Shown: one piece after another, positions 53,173 through 61,311 of the stretch
Numbering within the stretch: the stretch's first letter is position 1
How the letters are laid out: the number at the start of each line of letters is the position of its first letter
DNA from: Segatella copri
GTDB taxonomy: Bacteria > Bacteroidota > Bacteroidia > Bacteroidales > Bacteroidaceae
Reading direction: 5' to 3'
Assembly (NCBI GenBank): GCA_021615735.1
Contig: JAJWFY010000009.1
Location: 21,527-85,526, forward strand
Length of the DNA stretch: 64,000 bases
The notes under the pieces: generated by a model
Seen by the model: the letters and a program-made list of their open reading frames with translations, nothing else
Database searches by the model: none
What the model was told of the DNA's origin: nothing
Position numbers and translations under genes: made by a program

Positions 53173-54348
53173 ATGAAGCATATTCTGACAATACTTATTA
53201 TGATGTTGGCATTGGGCAGCTATGCCTCTGAGCCTTCTGTAACCGATAGTATCTCATCTGCAGAGAAGGTGGATACGATGGCTTTACATACTGGGAAATC
53301 ATGGGTGAACCGGATTCTTGACTACTTTAATGATTCCAACAAAAACAAGAAGCATAAGCGTTTCGATTTTAGTGTGATAGGTGGCCCTCATTATGCCTCT
53401 GATACCAAGTTTGGATTGGGATTGGTGGCAGCAGGACTATACCGTACTGATCCGAATGACAGTATTCTTCCTCCTTCTAATGTCTCGCTTTATGGTGATG
53501 TCAGTTCTGTAGGTTTCTATATGTTGGGTGTCCGTGGTAACCATATTGCTCCTAAAGGAAGATATCGCATCGATTATCACCTTTATTTCTATTCTTTTCC
53601 CTCTGAATTTTGGGGAATAGGTTATGAAATGGGCGATAACGATGCCAATAAGAGTGACATGAAGCGTTGGCAGGCTCAGGCTGAAGTTAGCTTCCTGTTT
53701 CGTGTAGCAGATAATTTCTATATCGGACCGATGGCGAGTTATGACTATGTAATAGGTAAACATATAGAGCGTCCGGAATTACTGCAAGGCATGGATCAGC
53801 ATACTTGGAATGTAGGAGCTGGCGTTTCTCTGGTATATGATAACCGGGATAATCTTACGAATCCACATCGTGGTATCTATCTGAATATCAATCAGATGTT
53901 CAGACCTGGATTTATGGGAAATGATTATGCTTTCAGTACGACGGCATTTCGTTTTGATGCCTATCAGCGACTGGGTAAGGGAACGGTTCTTGCCGAGGAC
54001 ATTGGGGCTAACCTCAACTTTGGTAATCCTTCGTGGGGAATGATGGCTGAATTGGGTGGTACTCATTCCATGCGTGGCTATTATGAAGGCCGTTATCGCG
54101 ATAAACATTCTCTGGAAGCTACGGTTGAGTTGCGCCAACATGTATGGAAGCGTAATGGCATCGTAGTGTGGGTTGGAGCAGGAACCATCTTCCCAAAATT
54201 CTCGGCATTGCGCTCTAAACAGATTTTGCCGAATGCCGGTGTAGGTTATCGCTGGGAATTTAAGAAGAATGTGAATGTACGTCTGGATTATGGATTCGGT
54301 AAGTCGGGGCAGTCTGGTTTTCTCTTCAATATCAATGAAGCGTTTTAG
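53173..54348 (+). CDS. Omp85/BamA-family beta-barrel without POTRA domains
   Basis: It has a signal peptide. GGTHSMRGYYEGRYRDKH..GVGYRWEF..VRLDYGFG is the bacterial surface antigen (D15) barrel motif. The protein ends in a C-terminal Phe. Confidence 0.7.
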   Translation: MKHILTILIMMLALGSYASEPSVTDSISSAEKVDTMALHTGKSWVNRILDYFNDSNKNKKHKRFDFSVIGGPHYASDTKFGLGLVAAGLYRTDPNDSILPPSNVSLYGDVSSVGFYMLGVRGNHIAPKGRYRIDYHLYFYSFPSEFWGIGYEMGDNDANKSDMKRWQAQAEVSFLFRVADNFYIGPMASYDYVIGKHIERPELLQGMDQHTWNVGAGVSLVYDNRDNLTNPHRGIYLNINQMFRPGFMGNDYAFSTTAFRFDAYQRLGKGTVLAEDIGANLNFGNPSWGMMAELGGTHSMRGYYEGRYRDKHSLEATVELRQHVWKRNGIVVWVGAGTIFPKFSALRSKQILPNAGVGYRWEFKKNVNVRLDYGFGKSGQSGFLFNINEAF

Positions 54349-54406
54349 TAATAATGCTCTTTATGTAGTTTGATAATGCTCTTTAAAGTGTTAATGAAAA
54401 AGTAGA

Positions 54407-56149
54407 ATGAACAGTTTTACGGATATATATAATAAGGTGGTGTTGCCTATATATAATAAGGTGTCATCGGGCGCATTCCTTTACGGGTATGCTGTGGTAG
54501 CATTGTTGTTGCCTAATATAGCTCTGTGCTATACCGAATGTCTGGCTCCTTGGGCTTGTGGTGCCAATGTGTTGCTGCCTTTGGCACTCTACATGTGGTT
54601 CTTTTCGTTAACCAGATGCCCGGGTAAGATGATCTGGTGGGCTTTTCTTTTTGTTTTTTTCGCTGCCTTCCAACTGGTATTGCTTTATCTCTTCGGGACG
54701 GGAGTGATAGCGGTAGATATGTTTCTGAATCTTGTAACTACCAATCCTGGCGAGGTGAAGGAACTGCTTGGTAATCTGTTGCCTGCTGTGGTGGGTGTTT
54801 TTGTGGTTTATCTTCCTTTGCTGGTTCTGGCTATTGTCAATATCAGCAAGAAAGGGATGATAGTGGTTCAACTCCAGCATCGAGTGCGTCGTTGGGCTTT
54901 GGAGATAGCTGCTGTCGGTTTATTCTGTCTGCTGGCTTGCTATGTGGCTGTAGATGATTATCGCTTGCGCAACCAGCTTTATCCTGTTAACGTTTGCTAT
55001 AATCTCTATCTTGCTTTCGAGCGTGATGCGGCTTCAGAGAATTACAGGGAGGCAAGCAGGAATTTCAGGTTTGATGCCAGGAGCGAGCACGATGCTGAGG
55101 CTCCCGAGGTGTATGTGATGGTGGTGGGAGAGACGGCGAGAGCCCATAATTTCAGTCTCTATGGCTATCCGCGCGATACCAATCCTTTGCTTTCCAAGAC
55201 TCCTGGAATCATAGCTTTTCCCGATGCTACAACCCAGAGTAATACTACGCATAAGAGTGTTCCTATGCTCCTGTCGGCTGCATCAGCAGAGGATTTCGAA
55301 CGTCTCTTTCATGAGAAAGGTATCCTGGCTGCTTTCAGGGAGGCGGGATTTCATACCGTATTTATCAGCAATCAGCTGCCTAATCATTCTTTTATTGATT
55401 TCCTTGGCGAACAGGCTGATGAACATTACTTCCTGAAGGAAGGTGCTTCTGCAAAAGATAATCATTATGATAGTGATTTGTTGCAGAAGTTGGATGGGAT
55501 ATTGCCTGCGGCAGATGCTTCTTCATCCAAGCAATACCGTTATCGGAAACTCTTCGTGGTACTTCATACTTATGGTTCTCACTTTAATTACCAGGAGCGC
55601 TATCCCCGTAATTTCGCTTTCTTTAAACCTGACAGTAAGAGCGAAGCGAAGCCGGAGAACCGGCGTGACCTGCTGAATGCATACGATAATACCATCCGGT
55701 ATACCGATTATATCCTGCATGGTATCGTAGAACGTCTGCAGAAATGGGAGAAGACTCAGGCAAAGACGGATGGGGTATATAGCCAACCTACATCGGCGAT
55801 GCTCTATACCAGCGACCATGGAGAGAATATCTTTGATGATGACCGTCGCCTCTTTCTGCACGCCGCCCCGAAGGCATCTGATTATGAGCTGCATGTTCCT
55901 TTCATCATCTGGACATCAGATGGTTATGAAAAACAATATCCGGGAATACTGAAAACTTTGTCTGGTCATCGTACCCAACAGGTACAGACGAGTCTTTCGG
56001 CTTTTCATACGATGTTGGGGATAGGAGGCATCCTGACCCGTTATCGCCAGGATGAATATTCTGTGGCAAGTGAGAAGTATCATCCTGTGAAGTTGTTTTA
56101 TCTGGATGATCATGATAAAGCGATTCCACAGGAAAATGCCAAATATTAG
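54407..56149 (+). CDS. Phosphoethanolamine transferase (EptA/sulfatase family)
   Basis: An N-terminal 5-TM domain is followed by the sulfatase-fold motifs VMVVGETARAHNFSLYGYPRDTNP, TQSNTTHKSVP and YTSDHGE. Confidence 0.8.
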   Translation: MNSFTDIYNKVVLPIYNKVSSGAFLYGYAVVALLLPNIALCYTECLAPWACGANVLLPLALYMWFFSLTRCPGKMIWWAFLFVFFAAFQLVLLYLFGTGVIAVDMFLNLVTTNPGEVKELLGNLLPAVVGVFVVYLPLLVLAIVNISKKGMIVVQLQHRVRRWALEIAAVGLFCLLACYVAVDDYRLRNQLYPVNVCYNLYLAFERDAASENYREASRNFRFDARSEHDAEAPEVYVMVVGETARAHNFSLYGYPRDTNPLLSKTPGIIAFPDATTQSNTTHKSVPMLLSAASAEDFERLFHEKGILAAFREAGFHTVFISNQLPNHSFIDFLGEQADEHYFLKEGASAKDNHYDSDLLQKLDGILPAADASSSKQYRYRKLFVVLHTYGSHFNYQERYPRNFAFFKPDSKSEAKPENRRDLLNAYDNTIRYTDYILHGIVERLQKWEKTQAKTDGVYSQPTSAMLYTSDHGENIFDDDRRLFLHAAPKASDYELHVPFIIWTSDGYEKQYPGILKTLSGHRTQQVQTSLSAFHTMLGIGGILTRYRQDEYSVASEKYHPVKLFYLDDHDKAIPQENAKY

Positions 56150-56255
56150 CATCTGATTTTAAGCGTAAACGCGCTCTTTGTGTAAAATACATGAAAAGAG
56201 TTTTCGTAAATGTCAATTATTTGCGAAAACTCTTTGTCGTATCTATAATTTGCTG

Positions 56256-56263
56256 TATCTTTG
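56256..56263 (+). promoter_or_regulatory. -7 box for the GNAT/CN-hydrolase gene
   Basis: TATCTTTGCAC, 37 nt before the ATG at 56300. Confidence 0.6.
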
Positions 56264-56299
56264 CACCCGGATTTAGATAATAATAAAAATACAGTTGTT

Positions 56300-57829
56300 A
56301 TGGAACCAACTCGAAAAATCGAAAAGGTAGGCATGCGCAACCTCCGTATGGAGGATTATGATCAGCTTGCCAAGTCATTTAGGCGTATTTACGCAGACTC
56401 AGATGTATTCTGGACAAAAGAACAGATTAAGAAACTCATTACTATCTTCCCTGAGGGACAGGTGGTTATTATCGTTGATGATAAGATTGTGGGCTGTGCG
56501 CTCTCTATCATCGTCAATTATAATATGGTGAAGGGTGATCATACCTATGCTCAGGTTACGGGTAATGAAACCTTCAATACCCACGATCCTAATGGAAATA
56601 TCCTTTACGGCATCGAGGTGTTTATCCACCCAGACTATCGTGGCTTGCGATTGGCTCGCCGTATGTATGAGTATCGCAAGGAACTCTGCGAGAAGCTCAA
56701 CTTGAAGGCTATCATGTTTGGCGGTCGTATACCAAACTATCACAAGTATGCCGATAAGATGCGCCCTAAGGAGTATATTGAACATGTAAGAAACCGTGAA
56801 ATCTATGACCCGGTTCTTACCTTCCAGCTTTCCAATGATTTCCACGTGCGCCGCGTAATCCGCAACTATCTTCCTAGCGATGAGGAGAGCGAACACTGCG
56901 CCACCCTCTTGCAGTGGGATAACATCTATTATCAGCCACCTACGGATTCTTATGTAGATAGAAAGCCAACCGTGCGAATCGGATTGGTACAGTGGCAGAT
57001 GCGCCCATACGCTTCGGTGGATGACCTCTTTGAGCAGGTTGAGTTCTTCGTTGATTCCGTGAGCGATTACAAGAGCGACTTTATCCTCTTCCCTGAGTAT
57101 TTCAATGCGCCTTTGATGGCTCGTTTCAACGACTTGGGTGAGGCGCAGAGTATCCGAAAGATGGCGCAGTATACCGAAGAAATCCGTGACCGTTTCCGCG
57201 AGTTGGCCATCAGTTACAACATCAATATCATCACGGGTAGTATGCCTTATCTCAAGGACGATTCCCTCTATAACGTGGGTTTCCTCTGCCGCAGAGATGG
57301 TAGCGTGGATATGTACGAGAAGATTCATGTTACACCAGATGAGCAGAAGTGCTGGGGATTGAGTGGTGGTAGCCATATCCAGACCTTCGATACCGATTGC
57401 GGTAAGATTGGTATCGTCATCTGCTATGATGTGGAGTTCCCTGAGTTGTCAAGATTAATGGCTGAGGATGGCATGCAGATTCTCTTCGTGCCATTCATGA
57501 CCGATACCCAGAATGCTTACTCCCGAGTAAGAGTATGTGCCCAGGCGCGTGCTATCGAGAACGAGTGCTATGTAGCCATTGCGGGTAGTGTGGGCAACTT
57601 GCCACGTGTTCACAACATGGATATCCAGTATGCCCAGAGCGCCGTGTTCACCCCTTGCGACTTTGCTTTCCCTAACGATGGCAAGCGTTCAGAGGCAACA
57701 CCTAATACCGAGATGATTCTCGTATCAGATGTTGACCTGAATCTCTTGAATGAGCTTCATACCTACGGTGCTGTAAGAAATCTTCGCGACCGCCGCAAGG
57801 ATCTGTATGAATTGAAACAGAAGAAGTAA
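56300..57829 (+). CDS. Bifunctional GNAT N-acetyltransferase / carbon-nitrogen hydrolase (nitrilase superfamily)
   Basis: The GNAT block is IEVFIHPDYRGLRLARRMY. The CN-hydrolase E-K-C triad contexts are LFPEYF, YEKIHV and GIVICYDVEFPE. The ORF-track start at 56261 is a TTG inside the -7 box, so I chose the first ATG at 56300. Confidence 0.85.
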   Translation: MEPTRKIEKVGMRNLRMEDYDQLAKSFRRIYADSDVFWTKEQIKKLITIFPEGQVVIIVDDKIVGCALSIIVNYNMVKGDHTYAQVTGNETFNTHDPNGNILYGIEVFIHPDYRGLRLARRMYEYRKELCEKLNLKAIMFGGRIPNYHKYADKMRPKEYIEHVRNREIYDPVLTFQLSNDFHVRRVIRNYLPSDEESEHCATLLQWDNIYYQPPTDSYVDRKPTVRIGLVQWQMRPYASVDDLFEQVEFFVDSVSDYKSDFILFPEYFNAPLMARFNDLGEAQSIRKMAQYTEEIRDRFRELAISYNINIITGSMPYLKDDSLYNVGFLCRRDGSVDMYEKIHVTPDEQKCWGLSGGSHIQTFDTDCGKIGIVICYDVEFPELSRLMAEDGMQILFVPFMTDTQNAYSRVRVCAQARAIENECYVAIAGSVGNLPRVHNMDIQYAQSAVFTPCDFAFPNDGKRSEATPNTEMILVSDVDLNLLNELHTYGAVRNLRDRRKDLYELKQKK

Positions 57830-57843
57830 GTGAGGAAGGATAA

Positions 57844-57885
57844 TTCAACACTCAACATTCAATATTCAACATTTAACATTTAAAT
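57844..57885 (+). repeat. Heptad array TTCAACA-type x6 (reverse complement of the 6921 family)
   Basis: ttcaaca ctcaaca ttcaata ttcaaca tttaaca tttaaat. It ends 3 nt before the menC GTG start. Confidence 0.8.
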
Positions 57886-57888
57886 AAA

Positions 57889-59016
57889 GTGTATAAGATA
57901 GAAATCTCGGAGCGCACGCTCCATTTCAAGCAGCCGGCAGGCACGTCTCGTGGGGTTTATACCACGAGACACAGTTATTATCTCACTCTCACCTCGGATG
58001 AAATGCCGGGAGTAGAGGGAGTGGGAGAGTGTGCTACGCTCCCTGATCTCAGTTGCGATGCCAAACCGGAATATGAGATGACCCTGCGACAGGTTTGTCA
58101 GATGGTGGAGCAGATGGGACGCATTCCTTACGATATGATTCGTGCTTACCCTAGCATCACCTTCGGTCTCGAGACCGCCTTTGCTTCGTTCTTTGATGCA
58201 GCAAAGAAGTTTTTGGAGATTGTTCCTGCTGAAGGAGCATCTTCTTCTTCAGAAATGTTGAAGCTGAAAGGGGGTTCTGTTCCAGCCGGAATGGAGAACC
58301 TGACAGATCTCTTCGATTCTCCTTTCGGAAGAGGTGAAGAAGGTATTACCATCAACGGATTGGTGTGGATGGGAACCTACGAGGAGATGCTGGCACGACT
58401 GGAGGAGAAACTCCAGGCGGGTTTCCATTGCGTGAAACTGAAGATCGGTGCCATCGATTTCTTCAAGGAACTCGATCTCATCAAGCGCATCCGTGATGTG
58501 TATACCAAGGAGCAGGTTGAGTTGCGTGTAGATGCCAATGGTGGCTTTTTGCCGGAGAATGCGATGAGTCAGCTGGAGGCTTTGGCTAAATATGACATTC
58601 ATTCGATTGAGCAGCCTATCAAGCAGCATCAGTGGCCTAAGATGGCTCAGCTTTGTCGCGAAACACCGCTTCCTATCGCCCTAGACGAGGAACTGATTGG
58701 TGTGAATGTCCGGAGTATGAAACAGGCTTTGCTCGATACGGTCCGTCCTCAGTATATCATCCTCAAGCCTTCACTTCATGGTGGCATCTATGGATGCAAC
58801 GAGTGGATAGAACTGGCTAACCAGCGTGGTATCGGCAGCTGGATTACTTCTGCTCTTGAGAGTAATATCGGTCTGAATGCTATTGCTCATTATGCAGCTA
58901 AAGTATATGGTCCTAATGTCAAGATGCCGCAAGGCTTGGGTACCGGTCAGCTCTTTACTGATAATATACCGATGCCTTTGGAGATTCGTGGTGACAAACT
59001 GTTTGTAGTAAAATGA
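57889..59016 (+). CDS. menC: o-Succinylbenzoate synthase (enolase superfamily)
   Basis: FKQPAGTSRG, VKLKIG, LRVDANGGF, SIEQP and ALDEEL are present. The apparent start codon is GTG at 57889. The next in-frame Met is 38 codons downstream, beyond the conserved N-terminus. Confidence 0.85.
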   Translation: MYKIEISERTLHFKQPAGTSRGVYTTRHSYYLTLTSDEMPGVEGVGECATLPDLSCDAKPEYEMTLRQVCQMVEQMGRIPYDMIRAYPSITFGLETAFASFFDAAKKFLEIVPAEGASSSSEMLKLKGGSVPAGMENLTDLFDSPFGRGEEGITINGLVWMGTYEEMLARLEEKLQAGFHCVKLKIGAIDFFKELDLIKRIRDVYTKEQVELRVDANGGFLPENAMSQLEALAKYDIHSIEQPIKQHQWPKMAQLCRETPLPIALDEELIGVNVRSMKQALLDTVRPQYIILKPSLHGGIYGCNEWIELANQRGIGSWITSALESNIGLNAIAHYAAKVYGPNVKMPQGLGTGQLFTDNIPMPLEIRGDKLFVVK

Positions 59017-59996
59017 CTTTAGAAGAATTCCTTTCAGAATGGAATAACGATAGCGATCGGGTGCTGGTGCATACCAGTGGTTCCACGGGAAAGCCCAAAC
59101 CGATGATGGTAGAGAAGAAGCGAATGCTCAACTCAGCCCGCATCACTTGTGATTTCCTGGGATTGAAACCTGGTGATAGCGCCCTGCTCTGTATGTCGCT
59201 CGATTATATTGCAGGTAAGATGGTGGTGGTGCGGAGTATAGAGCGCCATCTCCATCTTATTTCTGTTTGCCCAAGTGGGCATCCTTTGAAAGATGTAAAT
59301 GAAGAGATTACTTTCGCTGCGATGGTTCCGATGCAGGTTTATAACACCCTGCAGGTTCCTGAAGAGCGGGCTCGTCTCTGCCGCATCAGGCATCTTATTA
59401 TCGGTGGCGGAGCCATAGATGAGGCTCTCGAACAGAACCTGAAGGCTCTTCCCGGCAATATTGCCATCTGGAGTACCTACGGAATGACCGAAACGCTCTC
59501 GCATATTGCCCTGAGAAGAATTAACGGTGCTGAGGCCAGCGAATGGTACCAGCCTTTCGATAGTGTGAAAATCAGTCAGACCGATGAAGGATGTCTGGTG
59601 ATAGATGCTCCGCAAGTCTGTGCTGAGCCCCTGGTAACGAACGATATAGTGGAAATAGAATCCTATATATATAATAAGGTGGAAAAACTCCGTTTTCGCA
59701 TCAAAGGCAGAAAAGACAATGTGATTTGCAGCGGAGGCATCAAGATACAGATAGAAGAGGTTGAGGCTCTGTTGAAGCCTTATCTTGAAAAACCTTTCAT
59801 GATAGCCAAGAAGAAAGACGGGAAGTTTGGAGAAATTGCTGTCCTCCTGACGGAAGATGAGGAGATAGAAAAAGTAGAGGCGACTGTTCGCCGCCTCTTA
59901 TCTGATCATAAATATTGGATTCCAAGGGAATACCTTCATGTAGACCAACTCCCGCTTACCGAAACCGGAAAGCCGAAGCGCTCTATCTTTCTTTAA
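59013..59996 (+). CDS. menE: o-Succinylbenzoate--CoA ligase (short AMP-binding enzyme)
   Basis: VHTSGSTGKPK is the AMP-binding motif I. YGMTET and the C-terminal TETGKPKR are present. An ATGA overlap links it to menC. Confidence 0.8.
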   Translation: MTLEEFLSEWNNDSDRVLVHTSGSTGKPKPMMVEKKRMLNSARITCDFLGLKPGDSALLCMSLDYIAGKMVVVRSIERHLHLISVCPSGHPLKDVNEEITFAAMVPMQVYNTLQVPEERARLCRIRHLIIGGGAIDEALEQNLKALPGNIAIWSTYGMTETLSHIALRRINGAEASEWYQPFDSVKISQTDEGCLVIDAPQVCAEPLVTNDIVEIESYIYNKVEKLRFRIKGRKDNVICSGGIKIQIEEVEALLKPYLEKPFMIAKKKDGKFGEIAVLLTEDEEIEKVEATVRRLLSDHKYWIPREYLHVDQLPLTETGKPKRSIFL

Positions 59997-60029
59997 AGGG
60001 ATTCTCTGAAGAAAGATTCTTTAGCTGAA

Positions 60030-61076
60030 TTATCCTTCTCTGAAGAAATCGAGTGCTTCCTTGATCTCTTCTGTCGTAGCAGTCTGGTTGATACGGATAT
60101 CGCCTATGCCGCCCAGCATCGTGAAGTTGATGATGCCATTCTGGTTCTTCTTGTCATGGTGCATCAGTTCTATCAGTTCATCATAGTCATCGCAGGTAAT
60201 ATCCAGTGTACCATAGAATTCCTTGATGAAGTTTACGGTCTGGCGCATCTTCTCTGTAGGGAATCCGGTTTTGGCAACACTCAGATAGAGTTCTGGAATC
60301 AGACCGAATGCCACAGCGTAACCATGCAGGATAGGCTTGCGCTTCAAAGCCCAGCTCTCAAACGCATGACCGAAAGTATGCCCCAGGTTCAGCGCCTTGC
60401 GGATGCCCTGCTCGTGAGGATCCTGCTCTACAATGCGCTCCTTTACCTTCACGCTGTCGCCTACCATGCGCTGCAACTGCTTCAAATCAGGCTTGTCGAG
60501 GTCGAAACTGACCAGTTCTTCCCACATTGCTTCTGTAGAAATCAGACCGTGTTTCAGCATCTCTGCATAGCCCGAACAGATGTTTTCTGCATCGAGCGTC
60601 TTTAAGAATTCTGTATCGAGAATAACGAACTTAGAATCGTTGAACACACCTACTTCGTTCTTCAGTCCGCCGAAGTTGATGCCTGTCTTTCCACCTACCG
60701 ATGCGTCTACCATAGCCAGCAGGGTGGTAGGAATATTGATAAAGTTGATACCTCTCTTAAAAGTGCTGGCAGCAAAGCCACCCAGGTCGGTTACCATACC
60801 GCCGCCCAGATTAATCATACAGGAGTGGCGTGAAGCTCCTCCCTCCTGCAGTCCTTTCCATACCATCATAAGACTTTCGATGTCTTTATGGCTGTCGGTA
60901 GCCGGAATAGTGATGATATGGGCTTCCTTCATGCAGTAAAAATTCTGCAATACAGGCATGCATAGTTCCAATGTCGTAGTATCAGTAAGCACAAAAAGCT
61001 TGTCGTGCTCACACTCAGAAAGTGCACTTACCAGTTCGCTTTCCAGTTGGGTTGATATGATTACTCTTTGTTCCAT
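60030..61076 (-). CDS. aroB: 3-dehydroquinate synthase
   Basis: NLGGGMVTDLGGFAASTFKRGINFINIPTTLLAMVDASVGGKTGINF and LNLGHTFGHAFE are present. Confidence 0.93.
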   Translation of the reverse strand: MEQRVIISTQLESELVSALSECEHDKLFVLTDTTTLELCMPVLQNFYCMKEAHIITIPATDSHKDIESLMMVWKGLQEGGASRHSCMINLGGGMVTDLGGFAASTFKRGINFINIPTTLLAMVDASVGGKTGINFGGLKNEVGVFNDSKFVILDTEFLKTLDAENICSGYAEMLKHGLISTEAMWEELVSFDLDKPDLKQLQRMVGDSVKVKERIVEQDPHEQGIRKALNLGHTFGHAFESWALKRKPILHGYAVAFGLIPELYLSVAKTGFPTEKMRQTVNFIKEFYGTLDITCDDYDELIELMHHDKKNQNGIINFTMLGGIGDIRINQTATTEEIKEALDFFREG

Positions 61077-61102
61077 AACATTCTAACGTATTAATTTTTG
61101 TG

Positions 61103-61110
61103 CAAAGATA
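61103..61110 (-). promoter_or_regulatory. -7 box for aroB
   Basis: TATCTTTGCAC on the minus strand, 27 nt before the ATG at 61076. Confidence 0.6.
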
Positions 61111-61144
61111 CACTAAAATGGAGACAATACAAAAAAAAAGTTGC

Positions 61145-61152
61145 TAAATTTG
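61145..61152 (+). promoter_or_regulatory. -7 box for the barrel gene at 61312
   Basis: TAAATTTGCG, 160 nt before the ATG. Confidence 0.5.
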
Positions 61153-61311
61153 CGTTTTTTATCTCAGAATGCATTAAACCTTGGTGTATTTAACGCGTCA
61201 AAACTACCAGATTAACAAAAATGGTTATTAAAATATCATAACGGTTAAGTGAAAATAATGGTCAGGCGGAAATAACGAACAAGTGAATATAATAACAAAT
61301 TAAAAATAAGA

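Noticed and set aside
60003-60050. A direct repeat of ttctctgaagaaa (60003-60015 and 60036-60048) at the menE/aroB junction.
   Set aside because: It is a short 13-mer. One copy is inside the aroB C-terminal codons (DFFREG*). This is compatible with chance or a small duplication, and there is no further structure.
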